From NCBI GenBank assembly GCA_002315455.1, contig DCGG01000175.1:1-38051 (forward strand): a stretch of 38,051 nt of DNA. The letters are read 5' to 3'. Every line of letters starts with the position of its first letter. Position 1 is the first letter of the stretch. Shown in pieces: positions 16,692-25,869 of this stretch. The notes below the pieces were generated by a model. It saw nothing but the letters and a program-made list of their open reading frames with translations, was not told the DNA's origin and did not search any database. The position numbers and the translations under genes are program-made. The stretch is from Lentisphaeria bacterium UBA1784. Lineage in GTDB: Bacteria > Verrucomicrobiota > Lentisphaeria > Victivallales > Victivallaceae.

Positions 16692-17536
16692 TTTGCGAAG
16701 ACGATGGTCCGGCGGCCGGAGATCAGGATCCGGTGCTCCAGATGGGCCCGGACCGCCCGGGTCAGGACCCGCCGTTCGATGTCCTGCCCTCTGCGCTTCA
16801 GGTCGATGGGATCGCTTTCGTGAGTGATGCGCTCCACGTCCTGCTCGATGATGGGTCCTTCGTCCAGTTCGGGCGTGGCGTAGTGGGCGGTGGCTCCGAT
16901 CATTTTCACGCCCCGTTCCCAGGCGCGCTCGTAAGGATTCCCTCCCTGAAAGGCCGGCAGAAACGCGTGGTGGATATTGATGATCCGGCCCTGATAGTGG
17001 TTGATGAAGTTGTCGGAGAGGATCCGCATGTACCGGGCCAGCACCACCAGATCGACGTGGTGGCGGTCAATGATCTCCATGACCTGCTTCTCCTGATCCG
17101 CTTCATGCCCCTTGGTGACGGGACAGCAGTAGAAGGGGATGCGGAAGCGGTCCGCCGCTGCCTCCAACTCGGGATGGTTGCCGATGACAAGGCAGATTTT
17201 CCCGCCGAGGGTGTTGCTCTCGGAGTGGGCCATGAGGTCGTAGAGGCAGTGGGTGGTCTTGGAGACCATCACCGCCAGCCTCTGTTCCTCGTCGGCGAAA
17301 TGGATGGTGTAGTCCAGATGCAGGGGCGCCGCGAACGCATCGAAGGTGTCCCGCATGTACTTCTTGGTCAGGTCCCCGATCTCCACGGTGATCCGCATGA
17401 AATAGCGGTGCTCCAACTGATCGGAGTACTGGCGGCACTCCAGAATGTCCAGACCGAGGTTGTAGAAGAAACTGGATATCCCCGCCAGCAGACCTTTCCG
17501 GTCCTCGCAGCGGGTGAGAAAAACGGCTTGCGACAT
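16688..17536 (-). CDS. purU: Formyltetrahydrofolate deformylase
   Basis: 282 aa. An N-terminal ACT domain (CEDRKGLLAGISSFFYNLGLDILE) is followed by a formyltransferase core (LVVLARYMRILS, INIHHAFLPAFQGGNPY). Confidence 0.9.
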   Translation of the reverse strand: MSQAVFLTRCEDRKGLLAGISSFFYNLGLDILECRQYSDQLEHRYFMRITVEIGDLTKKYMRDTFDAFAAPLHLDYTIHFADEEQRLAVMVSKTTHCLYDLMAHSESNTLGGKICLVIGNHPELEAAADRFRIPFYCCPVTKGHEADQEKQVMEIIDRHHVDLVVLARYMRILSDNFINHYQGRIINIHHAFLPAFQGGNPYERAWERGVKMIGATAHYATPELDEGPIIEQDVERITHESDPIDLKRRGQDIERRVLTRAVRAHLEHRILISGRRTIVFAK

Positions 17537-17619
17537 ATGCAGATCCTTTGATTTCAGAGTTTATTTCATCGTTCCCGGGATAAAATACCACCATTCGGCG
17601 GGAATTTCAACTTTTTCTC

Positions 17620-17648
17620 TTGACTTCCGCCCCGGAGCGGGGTATGTT
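17620..17648 (+). promoter_or_regulatory. Candidate sigma-70-type promoter for murC
   Basis: TTGACT (17620-17625), a 17-nt spacer, then TATGTT (17643-17648). It sits 42 nt upstream of the murC ATG in the purU/murC divergent region. Confidence 0.4.
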
Positions 17649-17689
17649 GAAGCGGAACTCTCTGAAACAACGTACATCGAGGCGAAAAC

Positions 17690-19228
17690 ATGGGATTCAC
17701 GAAAATCCATTTTGTAGGAGTCGGCGGCATCGGCATGAGCGGTCTGGCCGCCATGTGTCAGGACCGGGGCATGGCCGTCACCGGCAGCGACCGGGGCGCG
17801 GACCGCCCGGAAAACCAGCGGATCATCGGAGCCCTCCGACGGCAGGGCATCCGGATCTATCCGCAGGACGGTTCCTACGTCAGGGACGGCAAACCGGAAG
17901 TTCTCGTCTATTCCACCGCCATTGAGGAAAACAATCCAGACTTCGCCGCCGGAATCGGCATCCCCCGGATGCACCGATCCCAGTTGCTGGCGGAGCTTCT
18001 GAACGGTACCTCCCAACTCTCCATCGCAGTCACCGGCAGCTGCGGCAAGAGCAGCGTCACCGCCTACCTCGCGGAAGCGCTGGACAACCTCGGCACGGAT
18101 CCCGCCTGCCTCAACGGCGCTCTGATCAAACGTTTCATCTCCGGAACCTTTGCCGGAAACTACCGTCCCGGCCGGGGGAAGTATCTGGTCTTCGAAGCCG
18201 ACGAAAGCGACAAGAGCCTGCTGAACTACGGCGCAGATTACGCGCTGATCCTCAACATGGGGACCGACCACTACGACCGGGAGGAACTGGCCCGGGTTTT
18301 CGGGACCTTTCTGCAGTCCGTCCGCAAAGGCGCCGTACTGGAGCGGCAGGTCTTTGAAGCCGTCCAAGCATTTCTGCCGAAGGAACTTCCCGTGGCCGTC
18401 TTCGACGCGATCCCGGGGCCGGGCCGCAGATATGCCTTGGAGGAGTATCAGGTCGTCACCCGGGTGGAGACCCTCTACGACCGCGGCACCAAGGCGAAGA
18501 TCGCCCCCTCCGGAGACCGGGCCGCAGAGGACGCCCGGGGCGCCTCCAATTTTCTGGAGATCTGCGGTCTGCATCAAGAGGACTTCCGCATCGAACGCAG
18601 AGTTCCGGAGGCTGTATTCACGGGCGGCGTTCGCCTGACGCTCCCCCAATCCGGACGGCACACCGCATGGAACGCCCTCGCCATCTTCGCCCTGCTGGAG
18701 ATGCTGGGATTTGAAAGGGAGGCCGCGCGGCAGGCGCTGGAACGTTTCGACGGAGTCTGGCGGCGCACCGATTTCGCAGGGATGACGGCGCAGGGCGCGG
18801 CGGTCTATGACGACTACGCCCACAATCCAGAAAAGATCCTCTCCTGCATTCAGGGGATGCGGGAAACGGTGCCGGGGCGGGTGCTGGCGGTGTTCCAGCC
18901 CCACGGCTACGGCCCCTTCGGATTCATGCGGGACCAGCTCTTCCTCTACCTCGAAAAGGAACTGAAACCGCAGGACCGCTTCTTTCTTCTGGAGCCCTAC
19001 TATGCTGGCGGCACCTCCAGTTTCAAGCCCTCCGCCGCGGAAGTCATGGCGGACTGGCGTTCCCGCTCCCGCGCTCCGGAGCGCTTCGCGCTGGCAGCGG
19101 ACCGGGATTCTCTGAAGGCGGAACTGCTCAAAGAGGGAACCTCCGGCGACGTGATCGTCATCATGGGCGCCCGGGATAATTCCCTGAGCGACTACGCGGC
19201 AAGCCTCGCGGCGCCGATCCGGGAGTAA
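17690..19228 (+). CDS. murC: UDP-N-acetylmuramate--L-alanine ligase (Mur ligase family)
   Basis: The N-terminus IHFVGVGGIGMSGLAAM is the MurC type, followed by P-loop VTGSCGKSSV and ADESDKS. At 512 aa it is longer than typical MurC, with an apparent insertion in the middle. Confidence 0.75.
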   Translation: MGFTKIHFVGVGGIGMSGLAAMCQDRGMAVTGSDRGADRPENQRIIGALRRQGIRIYPQDGSYVRDGKPEVLVYSTAIEENNPDFAAGIGIPRMHRSQLLAELLNGTSQLSIAVTGSCGKSSVTAYLAEALDNLGTDPACLNGALIKRFISGTFAGNYRPGRGKYLVFEADESDKSLLNYGADYALILNMGTDHYDREELARVFGTFLQSVRKGAVLERQVFEAVQAFLPKELPVAVFDAIPGPGRRYALEEYQVVTRVETLYDRGTKAKIAPSGDRAAEDARGASNFLEICGLHQEDFRIERRVPEAVFTGGVRLTLPQSGRHTAWNALAIFALLEMLGFEREAARQALERFDGVWRRTDFAGMTAQGAAVYDDYAHNPEKILSCIQGMRETVPGRVLAVFQPHGYGPFGFMRDQLFLYLEKELKPQDRFFLLEPYYAGGTSSFKPSAAEVMADWRSRSRAPERFALAADRDSLKAELLKEGTSGDVIVIMGARDNSLSDYAASLAAPIRE

Positions 19229-19236
19229 GAAGAAAA

Positions 19237-20541
19237 CTATGCGGGGAGGATCAGTCCGTCCGCGAGTTTCCACTTGGAACCGAAGGCGGCGCTGACGCTG
19301 CGGACCACCTGCAGGACCTTTTCCGCCTCCTCGCCCTCTGCAACGACCGGGAGACCGTTCAAACGATCCTTCCGCCGATAGTTCAGCGAGAGCGGAAGCA
19401 TCGTCAACTCCGTCATGACGCCCTTTTCGAACCGGAGCCGGGGCAGAACGCTCTGATAGTTCTTCTCCTGAAACTGCAGTCCCACCTTGCCGCCCTGCGA
19501 ACGGACGCCGAGGGCCTCCTTCGCCGTGGCGTTGACGTCTGCGCCCCACTTCTCCATGAAGTCGGCGGGCAGATGCTCCACCTCGCCGCCCTGATAGATG
19601 AAGTCCCCGAGAGAATAGAAGATGGGGAACCCCTTGTAGAGTTCGATACCTCGCAGAGAGTGGCATCCGCCGCCAAACACCGCCGAACACCCCGCGTCAA
19701 TGCAGGCGCGGGCGAACTCCGTGAGATACTGGGGCGGATTTTCCTGACAGACCTCGTCGCTGCCGTGACAGTGAGTCAGAATGAACACGTAGTCGTACTG
19801 CTCTTTCGCATCCGTGATCGCCTGCAGAAGGCGCTTCTTGTCGCCGCCGTTGCAGAAGGAACCGGCCAGTTTCCCGTCGGTGGTGAAAAGTTCCGCTCCG
19901 AACAGGAAACACCCCTCCGGCTCCGGCTTCTGAAATCCGGTGGCAATGCTCTGATTCTTCTGGAAGTTCAGATGCGTCTCATCGGCAATTCGGCGGAGTT
20001 CCGCCATCTGCTGCGCCGTCACAAGATAGCGGGTGCTGTGCCGCAGGTAATTGACTCCGGGGCGGGGGCCGATCTTCCGGGTGGGATTTCCCGCCCGGGA
20101 GGCGTCCGCAAAGGAACAGTCAACGGCGAACACAGCCGCCTTCACACCGCCGCAGTCGATGACCGCAGGCGCCGCGGCTTCGGCGAGGCTCCGGCCGGTT
20201 CCGGCGTGAGCCAGTCCGGCGGCGTCCAGCGTCCCGATGGTGGAAAGCAAGCCGTGATAGGAGTAGTCCATCACGTGGTTGTTGGCGGTGCCGTAGAAGT
20301 TAAAGCCGAACCGCTGAAGATCCGCGAGGCACTCCTTGCGGGTGTTGATCCAGGTGCCGCCGCTGTAGGCCGAGGCGCAGCCGCCGAAGTCATCGAGGTT
20401 GGTCTCCAGATTGGTAAGGCGCAGATCGCAGGCTCCGATCCACTCCGCGACGCCATGCATGGCGGAATGGTACTCCTGCGGAAAGTCGGTCACAAAGAGG
20501 GAATCTCCCGTCCCGGTCACAGTGAAGAAACGATCATTCAT
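19237..20541 (-). CDS. CapA/PGA_cap-family metallophosphoesterase-like protein
   Basis: 434 aa. The segments LRLTNLETNL...FNFYGTANNHVMDY...AGLAHAGTG are characteristic of the CapA family. Confidence 0.75.
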   Translation of the reverse strand: MNDRFFTVTGTGDSLFVTDFPQEYHSAMHGVAEWIGACDLRLTNLETNLDDFGGCASAYSGGTWINTRKECLADLQRFGFNFYGTANNHVMDYSYHGLLSTIGTLDAAGLAHAGTGRSLAEAAAPAVIDCGGVKAAVFAVDCSFADASRAGNPTRKIGPRPGVNYLRHSTRYLVTAQQMAELRRIADETHLNFQKNQSIATGFQKPEPEGCFLFGAELFTTDGKLAGSFCNGGDKKRLLQAITDAKEQYDYVFILTHCHGSDEVCQENPPQYLTEFARACIDAGCSAVFGGGCHSLRGIELYKGFPIFYSLGDFIYQGGEVEHLPADFMEKWGADVNATAKEALGVRSQGGKVGLQFQEKNYQSVLPRLRFEKGVMTELTMLPLSLNYRRKDRLNGLPVVAEGEEAEKVLQVVRSVSAAFGSKWKLADGLILPA

Positions 20542-20557
20542 GCGGCTTCCCTGTCCG

Positions 20558-21622
20558 TCAATTTTCGCTGCGGAGGAAGTCCGTCAACACCTCCGCATAC
20601 TCCCGGATGGAATCCAGCCGGACCCGTTCCGCCGGACCGTGGACCCCTTTCCCCTCCACGCCGATGATGGCAAAAGGGACTCCGCAGTTGACGAAGTGCC
20701 GGGCATCGGTGGCGCCGTTCATCCGGGTGTGGGAGGGGAAAAAGCCGAAGGTGCGCTCCATGGAGCGGGCCAGTTTCTCAAGCACCGGAGCGTTCTCATC
20801 GGTGAAGGCAGGAAGGCAGCCTTTGACGTAATCCACCTGCAAACCGGTGACGGAGCGGATCTGCTCCATAATCTCCTCCGCAGTACGCTTCTCCGTGTAG
20901 CGGACGTTGAGGATCATTTCCGCCGTATCCGGGACCTGATTGGTGGCGGCGCCGGCCTTCATGATGGTCGCGGCGAGGGAGTCGTGCCACGGATCCTTAT
21001 CCGTAGGCTGGACCCAAACGGATTTCAGCCTGGAGTACCCGTCCACCAGTTTGTCCACCGGGTTGTCGAATTCCCACGGCCGGGAACTGTGTCCGCTGCG
21101 GCCATAAGCGGTAACGCGCATGGTGAGGGAGCCTTTCTCCGCGACGGAGATGTTGTTCTCGTTCCAGGTATCCATGACGCAGATCAATTCGGTGGCACAG
21201 TACCCCAGCTCCGCCATCCGGGCGGCGGTCCAGCCGCCGATCTCCTCGTCGGAACTGAAAATCCCGCCCACGGAATCCTCCGGCCGGGCATCGCAGAGCA
21301 CCTTGGCCGCGCAGACCGCATCGCCGAGGCAGTCCCGGGCGCCGCGGCCGATGAGCCAGCCGTTCTCCTCCCGGGGTTCGTAGAGTTCATCCGCCGCCGG
21401 GACCACGTCCAAATGATTCACCAGAAGCAGTTTCGGCCGCTTGATCGGCTGACTGCAGACGAAGAGGATCTTGCGGTCGTCCTTGGTCTCCACTGTGCAG
21501 TGAAGGCCGGCATTCTGAAAGAACTCCAGCATGTCGTCAATGGAACGGTTCACCGCTTCTACATCGGAGGAGACGGCCCGGTTGCGAATCAGTTTTTTCA
21601 GCAGATCAAAATACTTTTGCAT
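20558..21622 (-). CDS. M20-family metallopeptidase/deacylase (ArgE/DapE/ACY1 type)
   Basis: 354 aa with metal-ligand blocks LLLVNHLDVVPA, GRGARDCLG and SSDEEIGG. Confidence 0.8.
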   Translation of the reverse strand: MQKYFDLLKKLIRNRAVSSDVEAVNRSIDDMLEFFQNAGLHCTVETKDDRKILFVCSQPIKRPKLLLVNHLDVVPAADELYEPREENGWLIGRGARDCLGDAVCAAKVLCDARPEDSVGGIFSSDEEIGGWTAARMAELGYCATELICVMDTWNENNISVAEKGSLTMRVTAYGRSGHSSRPWEFDNPVDKLVDGYSRLKSVWVQPTDKDPWHDSLAATIMKAGAATNQVPDTAEMILNVRYTEKRTAEEIMEQIRSVTGLQVDYVKGCLPAFTDENAPVLEKLARSMERTFGFFPSHTRMNGATDARHFVNCGVPFAIIGVEGKGVHGPAERVRLDSIREYAEVLTDFLRSEN

Positions 21623-21722
21623 GGAATTTTCACTCCTTGAGAAATGGGCGCTTGCGATTTTTCATACAATACTGCAGAAACGGGGAAAATACAAGGAACT
21701 CCCCCGGAGCCGTCTTCCTTTT

Positions 21723-22577
21723 TCATGCGTCCATGAGAGAGCGGACGTAACGGACGTCCTGTTCCGCCGCATAGATCTTGTCGCAGGGGCGCGGACACTC
21801 CACCGCCAGCATCCCGGAACGAAGCCTCCCCCGCAGACGCCGGATCACATCCCGGGTGTCGATGATGCCGTCGCTGATATTGCAGTAGACGTAGCCCATG
21901 CCGTTGGGGCAGACCACGTTGCAGTAATTTTTCAGGTGCGCGTAGCAGATTCGGTCGCCCAGCTGATCGAAGTAGTCGTTCACCTTGCTGCCGAACTTGT
22001 GCATAGCGGAATTACCCTGATCATAGTTGATCCCCGTCGCCGGATGTCCGCAGAGGTCAAGGATCTTTTTGCAGGATTCCGCCTTGTCATGCAAATAGCC
22101 GGGGTGGGTTTCAAGCGCCAGCAGAAGCCCCAGTTTTTCCACATGTTCCGCCATGGTGCGGAGTCCCGCCGCCGCCCGCTGATAATCGTCCTCTCCGGCG
22201 ATGGCGCTTCCGTGCATCTCTCCGGGGCGCCACTCCACGACGGGATTGAGGATCGCGCCGGTGAAGAAGTTGAGGAGTTTCGTGCCGCAGAAACGCGCCG
22301 CCCAGTTGCAGGCATCCATGCAGAAATCCTGCTCGAGCTTCACCTCGTCGGCGTTGCCCCGGCAGTAGGGAACCATGCCGCCGAAGACCAGTTCCTTCTC
22401 CGGATGGGTCTGCTTGTACTGCTCCACCCGCGCCCGGTATTGCTCCTGCGTCATGTCCTTGAACTTGTAGCGCATCCGCAGTTCCACGCCGTCCACACCC
22501 AGACGGTCCGCCAGCGCAAAGAACTCCTCCAGTTTACCCTCGCCCTCGCAATAATTGACGTGAAGCAGAAGTTTCAT
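21723..22577 (-). CDS. Sugar phosphate isomerase/epimerase (xylose-isomerase-like TIM barrel)
   Basis: 284 aa. The segments GVDGVELR, LLALETHPGYL and ICYAHLKNY follow the family pattern. Confidence 0.75.
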   Translation of the reverse strand: MKLLLHVNYCEGEGKLEEFFALADRLGVDGVELRMRYKFKDMTQEQYRARVEQYKQTHPEKELVFGGMVPYCRGNADEVKLEQDFCMDACNWAARFCGTKLLNFFTGAILNPVVEWRPGEMHGSAIAGEDDYQRAAAGLRTMAEHVEKLGLLLALETHPGYLHDKAESCKKILDLCGHPATGINYDQGNSAMHKFGSKVNDYFDQLGDRICYAHLKNYCNVVCPNGMGYVYCNISDGIIDTRDVIRRLRGRLRSGMLAVECPRPCDKIYAAEQDVRYVRSLMDA

Positions 22578-22606
22578 CGCTCCATCCTCCGGAATTTTGA
22601 TTTACG

Positions 22607-22636
22607 TTGCAATCAGATCTGTTATTTCTCTACAAT
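22607..22636 (+). promoter_or_regulatory. Candidate sigma-70-type promoter facing gpsA
   Basis: TTGCAA (22607-22612), an 18-nt spacer, then TACAAT (22631-22636). This would give a leader of about 195 nt before gpsA. Confidence 0.3.
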
Positions 22637-22837
22637 AGCATCTCTCCCGGAGGAACGCAACCGTCCAAGGTTATTTTCAGTTGTTTTCATATAGAAAACG
22701 CTCTTTTTCATAAATTCCCGATCCGTTTTATTTCCCATATCCGGAGAAAAAACGCTTTTTTACTGGTATTTTGCCGGAGTTCGGTTATATTATGATGGAA
22801 ATTTCTGAACACACACGTTTCACGCAGAGCAAACACC

Positions 22838-23830
22838 ATGAAAATCGCAGTTCTAAGTGATGGAGCCTGGGGTACCGCCCTGGCGGTCAATCTCGTTTCC
22901 AACCGCCATCAGGTCACCACCTGGGGGCCCTTCCCGGATTATCTCGCAGAAATGGAACGATCCCGGGAGAACTCCCGGTTCCTGCCCGGAGTCAAACTTC
23001 CGCCTGAACTGCACTTCGAGAGCGACATCGCCAAGGCTACCGCCGGATGCGATCTGCTGCTCCTCGCCACCCCCACCCAGTTCCTCCGGAGCGTCCTGCG
23101 GAAACTGAAGCCCTGTTTCGATCCGGCAAAGCAACTGGTGGTCAACGTGGCCAAAGGCATCGAAGTAGACAGCTGGCTCCGGGTGAGCCAGATCACCGGG
23201 TCCGAACTGGGTCCGTGCCGCTACGTGGCCCTCTCCGGGCCCAGCCACGCCGAGGAGGTCAGCCGCGGCGTCCCCACCCTCGTGGTGGCGGCCAGCACCG
23301 ACGACGATGCGGCCATGACCGTGCAGAAGACCTTTATGAATGAGCGCTTCCGGGTCTATACTTCCGGCGACGTCACCGGCGTGGAACTGGGCGGAGCGCT
23401 CAAGAACGTCATCGCCATCGCCGCAGGAGCCATCGACGGCATGAAGCTGGGGGACAATCCCAAGGCCGCCCTGCTGACCCGGGGCATCTGCGAGATGTCC
23501 CGTCTGGGCGAAGCCCTCGGCGGACAGCGGCAGACCTTCAACGGGCTGAGCGGCATCGGCGATCTGATCGTCACCTGCACCAGCGGCCACAGCCGCAACC
23601 GCCACGTGGGCGAAGAACTGGGCCGGGGCAGAAAACTTGCCGAGATCCTTCACAACATGGGCATGGTGGTGGCAGAAGGCGTTCCAACGGCGAAAGGCGC
23701 CTTCCATCTGGCCCGCACCGCCGGAGTGGAAACCCCGCTGATCGACGCGATCCACACGGTGCTTTTCGATGACCTGGACATCCGGCAGGCTGTGAACTCC
23801 CTCATGACCCGGGACCCCAAGGCGGAATGA
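22838..23830 (+). CDS. gpsA: NAD(P)H-dependent glycerol-3-phosphate dehydrogenase
   Basis: 330 aa with N-terminal MKIAVLSDGAWGTALA, then GPSHAEEV, LKNVIAIAAG and SRNRHVGEELG. Confidence 0.9.
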   Translation: MKIAVLSDGAWGTALAVNLVSNRHQVTTWGPFPDYLAEMERSRENSRFLPGVKLPPELHFESDIAKATAGCDLLLLATPTQFLRSVLRKLKPCFDPAKQLVVNVAKGIEVDSWLRVSQITGSELGPCRYVALSGPSHAEEVSRGVPTLVVAASTDDDAAMTVQKTFMNERFRVYTSGDVTGVELGGALKNVIAIAAGAIDGMKLGDNPKAALLTRGICEMSRLGEALGGQRQTFNGLSGIGDLIVTCTSGHSRNRHVGEELGRGRKLAEILHNMGMVVAEGVPTAKGAFHLARTAGVETPLIDAIHTVLFDDLDIRQAVNSLMTRDPKAE

Positions 23831-23886
23831 TCCTCCCCGCATAAGATTTGCAAGGCATTTCCGGAAGCCATCCTCCCGGAAACGGC

Positions 23887-23917
23887 AACGGGCGGACTGC
23901 ATCGCAGTTCGCCCGTT
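23887..23917. terminator. Hairpin between convergent genes (candidate bidirectional terminator)
   Basis: AACGGGCGgACTGC-atc-GCAGTtCGCCCGTT, followed by GTTGTTGT. It lies between the gpsA stop and the pseudopilin-like gene stop. The U-tract is weak. Confidence 0.45.
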
Positions 23918-23949
23918 GTTGTACCGGCTCCTGAAAACAGGAACGCAAC

Positions 23950-24750
23950 TTACTTCGTAGTGGTCGTGTGAGACAAATCTTCCTGCAGGGTCGTCTCGAT
24001 CTCCACGGAGGAGTCCCGCAGCTCGCCGGGGCCCATTATCCGGGAACTGCCATCGGCCATGCCGACCACGGTCGTTCCCTTATGGATCATTGTGATCAGA
24101 CCTTTTCCTTCTTTGCTGCCGGCAGAAAAGCGGTCATACGTGTTGGGAGAGGGCGCTCCCGATATGAAGGTATCGGCGAAGATGATCAGATTGGCAGGAT
24201 CCTTCATGCGCATGAGATTGTAGGAGACCGTCTTCTTGTCCTTATAGGAGCGGAAGCGGCCGACGACTTCGATCACGTCCTTATCATCCTTTGTCTTCCC
24301 AGTGTACCAACTGTCGCTTTTTTCTGAAAGATCCAGCATTCCCACGGCATTGGCTCCACTGGTATAGAGAAAATGCATATCTGCTTCCGTACACAACAGT
24401 ATCTTGTCTTCCGGCATGTAGCCGATCGCTCCTCCAATACGAATTTCCTTATCCGTCAACTTCTTTCTGCCCGTTTTGCCGCTCAAAATCATGGCGTAGT
24501 TCGCATTGCTCGCAGCCTTTTTTTCATCGACATCCTTGCCGTATGACTTCAGCAGGAACGGGATGTGCTGCTTGTTGTCGCCGGCGTACTGCAAAGCGGC
24601 GAGCCCCAACTGATGGCGGTTGTTGACGCAATCCGTACGGACGCTGGTGGCCCGGGCTCCGCCGAGGGCGGGCATGATCATGCCGGCCAGAACACCGATG
24701 ATACCGATGACGACCAGAAGTTCCACCAGAGTGAAAGACGATTTTTTCAT
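23950..24750 (-). CDS. Prepilin-type N-terminal cleavage/methylation-domain protein with H-X9-DG motif (DUF1559-like pseudopilin paralogue)
   Basis: The leader MKKSSFTLVELLVVIGIIGVLAGMIMPAL is the class III signal. IHKGTTVVGMADG matches H-X9-DG. I chose the ATG at 24750 over the track start at 24804. Confidence 0.85.
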   Translation of the reverse strand: MKKSSFTLVELLVVIGIIGVLAGMIMPALGGARATSVRTDCVNNRHQLGLAALQYAGDNKQHIPFLLKSYGKDVDEKKAASNANYAMILSGKTGRKKLTDKEIRIGGAIGYMPEDKILLCTEADMHFLYTSGANAVGMLDLSEKSDSWYTGKTKDDKDVIEVVGRFRSYKDKKTVSYNLMRMKDPANLIIFADTFISGAPSPNTYDRFSAGSKEGKGLITMIHKGTTVVGMADGSSRIMGPGELRDSSVEIETTLQEDLSHTTTTK

Positions 24751-25007
24751 AGAGTTCTCCCGTTTTGTTTCCAAAGGAATCCTGTCAGAATCCACAACTT
24801 GCACGGCTTAAGATACACCGAAGACAGACAAAATGCAAATCTCTCCGGAGGCTCCGGCTGACAAACTTTTCATTAATTATGTGAGTTTTCTGCGATTTGT
24901 CAACGTTTTTCCGGCGATCCCCTTGCAAAAAAGGGAAAGAAAGAGTATCTTGAGCAAGGAACACTCTTTTGTTGTCAAGGATTTCATTCAACGAGGTCGT
25001 AACATAT

Positions 25008-25787
25008 ATGCCGGATGCGCCGCTTCTCACCATTCTCATCCCGAATTACAAGACGGAGGCCATGACCAAGCTCTGTCTGCGGTTGCTCCGGTGCCATACC
25101 GACCTCAGTTGCGTCCGGGTCATCGTCATTGACAACCAGTCAGAAGACGGGTCCGTGGAATACCTCCGGAGCGTCAGGTGGATCGACCTGCTGGAGCGCA
25201 GAACCGATGGCGAGAACGGCCCCGAGATGCACGCACGCGCCCTCGACGAAGCTCTCGCGCAGGTGACCACCCCCCTCGTCATGGTCATGCACACCGACAC
25301 CCTCGTCATCCATGACGGATGGCTGGACTACCTTCTGCAGGAACTGGGCGACGATCCCAAGTGCGCCGGAGTCGGCAGCTGGAAGATGGAGATCGTCTCC
25401 CCGCTGAAATACGTCGGCAAGTTCATCGAGGAATTCTTCCGGCGCTGCATCGGACGGCAACAAAAGGCGGAGGTCCGCTACCTCCGGAGTCACTGTGCGC
25501 TCTACCGCACGGGACTTCTCAGGCAATACACCAATGGATTCTTCGACGGCGACACCGCCGGACGCTCCCTCTTCCTTGCGCTGGAGCAGGCGGGATATCA
25601 TTTCAAATTCCTGCCGACGAAGGAACTGATGCGCTGGCTCCGGCACCTGAACCACGCCACCATGATTCTCAATCCCCGGCCCGGCGACCGCAAGACGGCA
25701 CGTTCTTCCGCAAGACGCCGGGTCCTGCGGGAACTGGAGTGCATGGACTACAGAAAGATCCTCGACGACGACACTCTCGACGCCTGA
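25008..25787 (+). CDS. Family-2 glycosyltransferase
   Basis: LLTILIPNYKTEAMTKLCLRLL...VIVIDNQSEDGS is the GT2 N-terminal fold signature, and MVMHTDTLV supplies the DxD-like region. The ATG is at 25008. Confidence 0.8.
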   Translation: MPDAPLLTILIPNYKTEAMTKLCLRLLRCHTDLSCVRVIVIDNQSEDGSVEYLRSVRWIDLLERRTDGENGPEMHARALDEALAQVTTPLVMVMHTDTLVIHDGWLDYLLQELGDDPKCAGVGSWKMEIVSPLKYVGKFIEEFFRRCIGRQQKAEVRYLRSHCALYRTGLLRQYTNGFFDGDTAGRSLFLALEQAGYHFKFLPTKELMRWLRHLNHATMILNPRPGDRKTARSSARRRVLRELECMDYRKILDDDTLDA

Positions 25788-25816
25788 TGCCTGCCACACT
25801 CCGGCGATTTGACCGC

Positions 25817-25864
25817 AAAAAAAACGCCTGCATCCGAATCCGGGTGCAGGCGTGACGTTTTTTC
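25817..25864. terminator. Bidirectional intrinsic terminator
   Basis: An A8 run, then stem ACGCCTGCA (25824-25832) pairing with TGCAGGCGT (25845-25853), then a T6 run (25858-25863). It lies between the convergent GT2 and galE genes. Confidence 0.65.
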
Positions 25865-25869
25865 AGCGG

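Noticed and set aside
19229-19236. Only 8 nt separate the convergent murC and CapA-family genes, with no hairpin
   Set aside because: It was noted as a curiosity. Without transcript data this says little, and I saw no structure to interpret.
17561-19690. 709-aa minus-strand ORF opposite murC
   Set aside because: It is Arg/Gly-rich and low-complexity, and it spans the murC gene, which carries clear Mur-ligase motifs. It is a shadow ORF.
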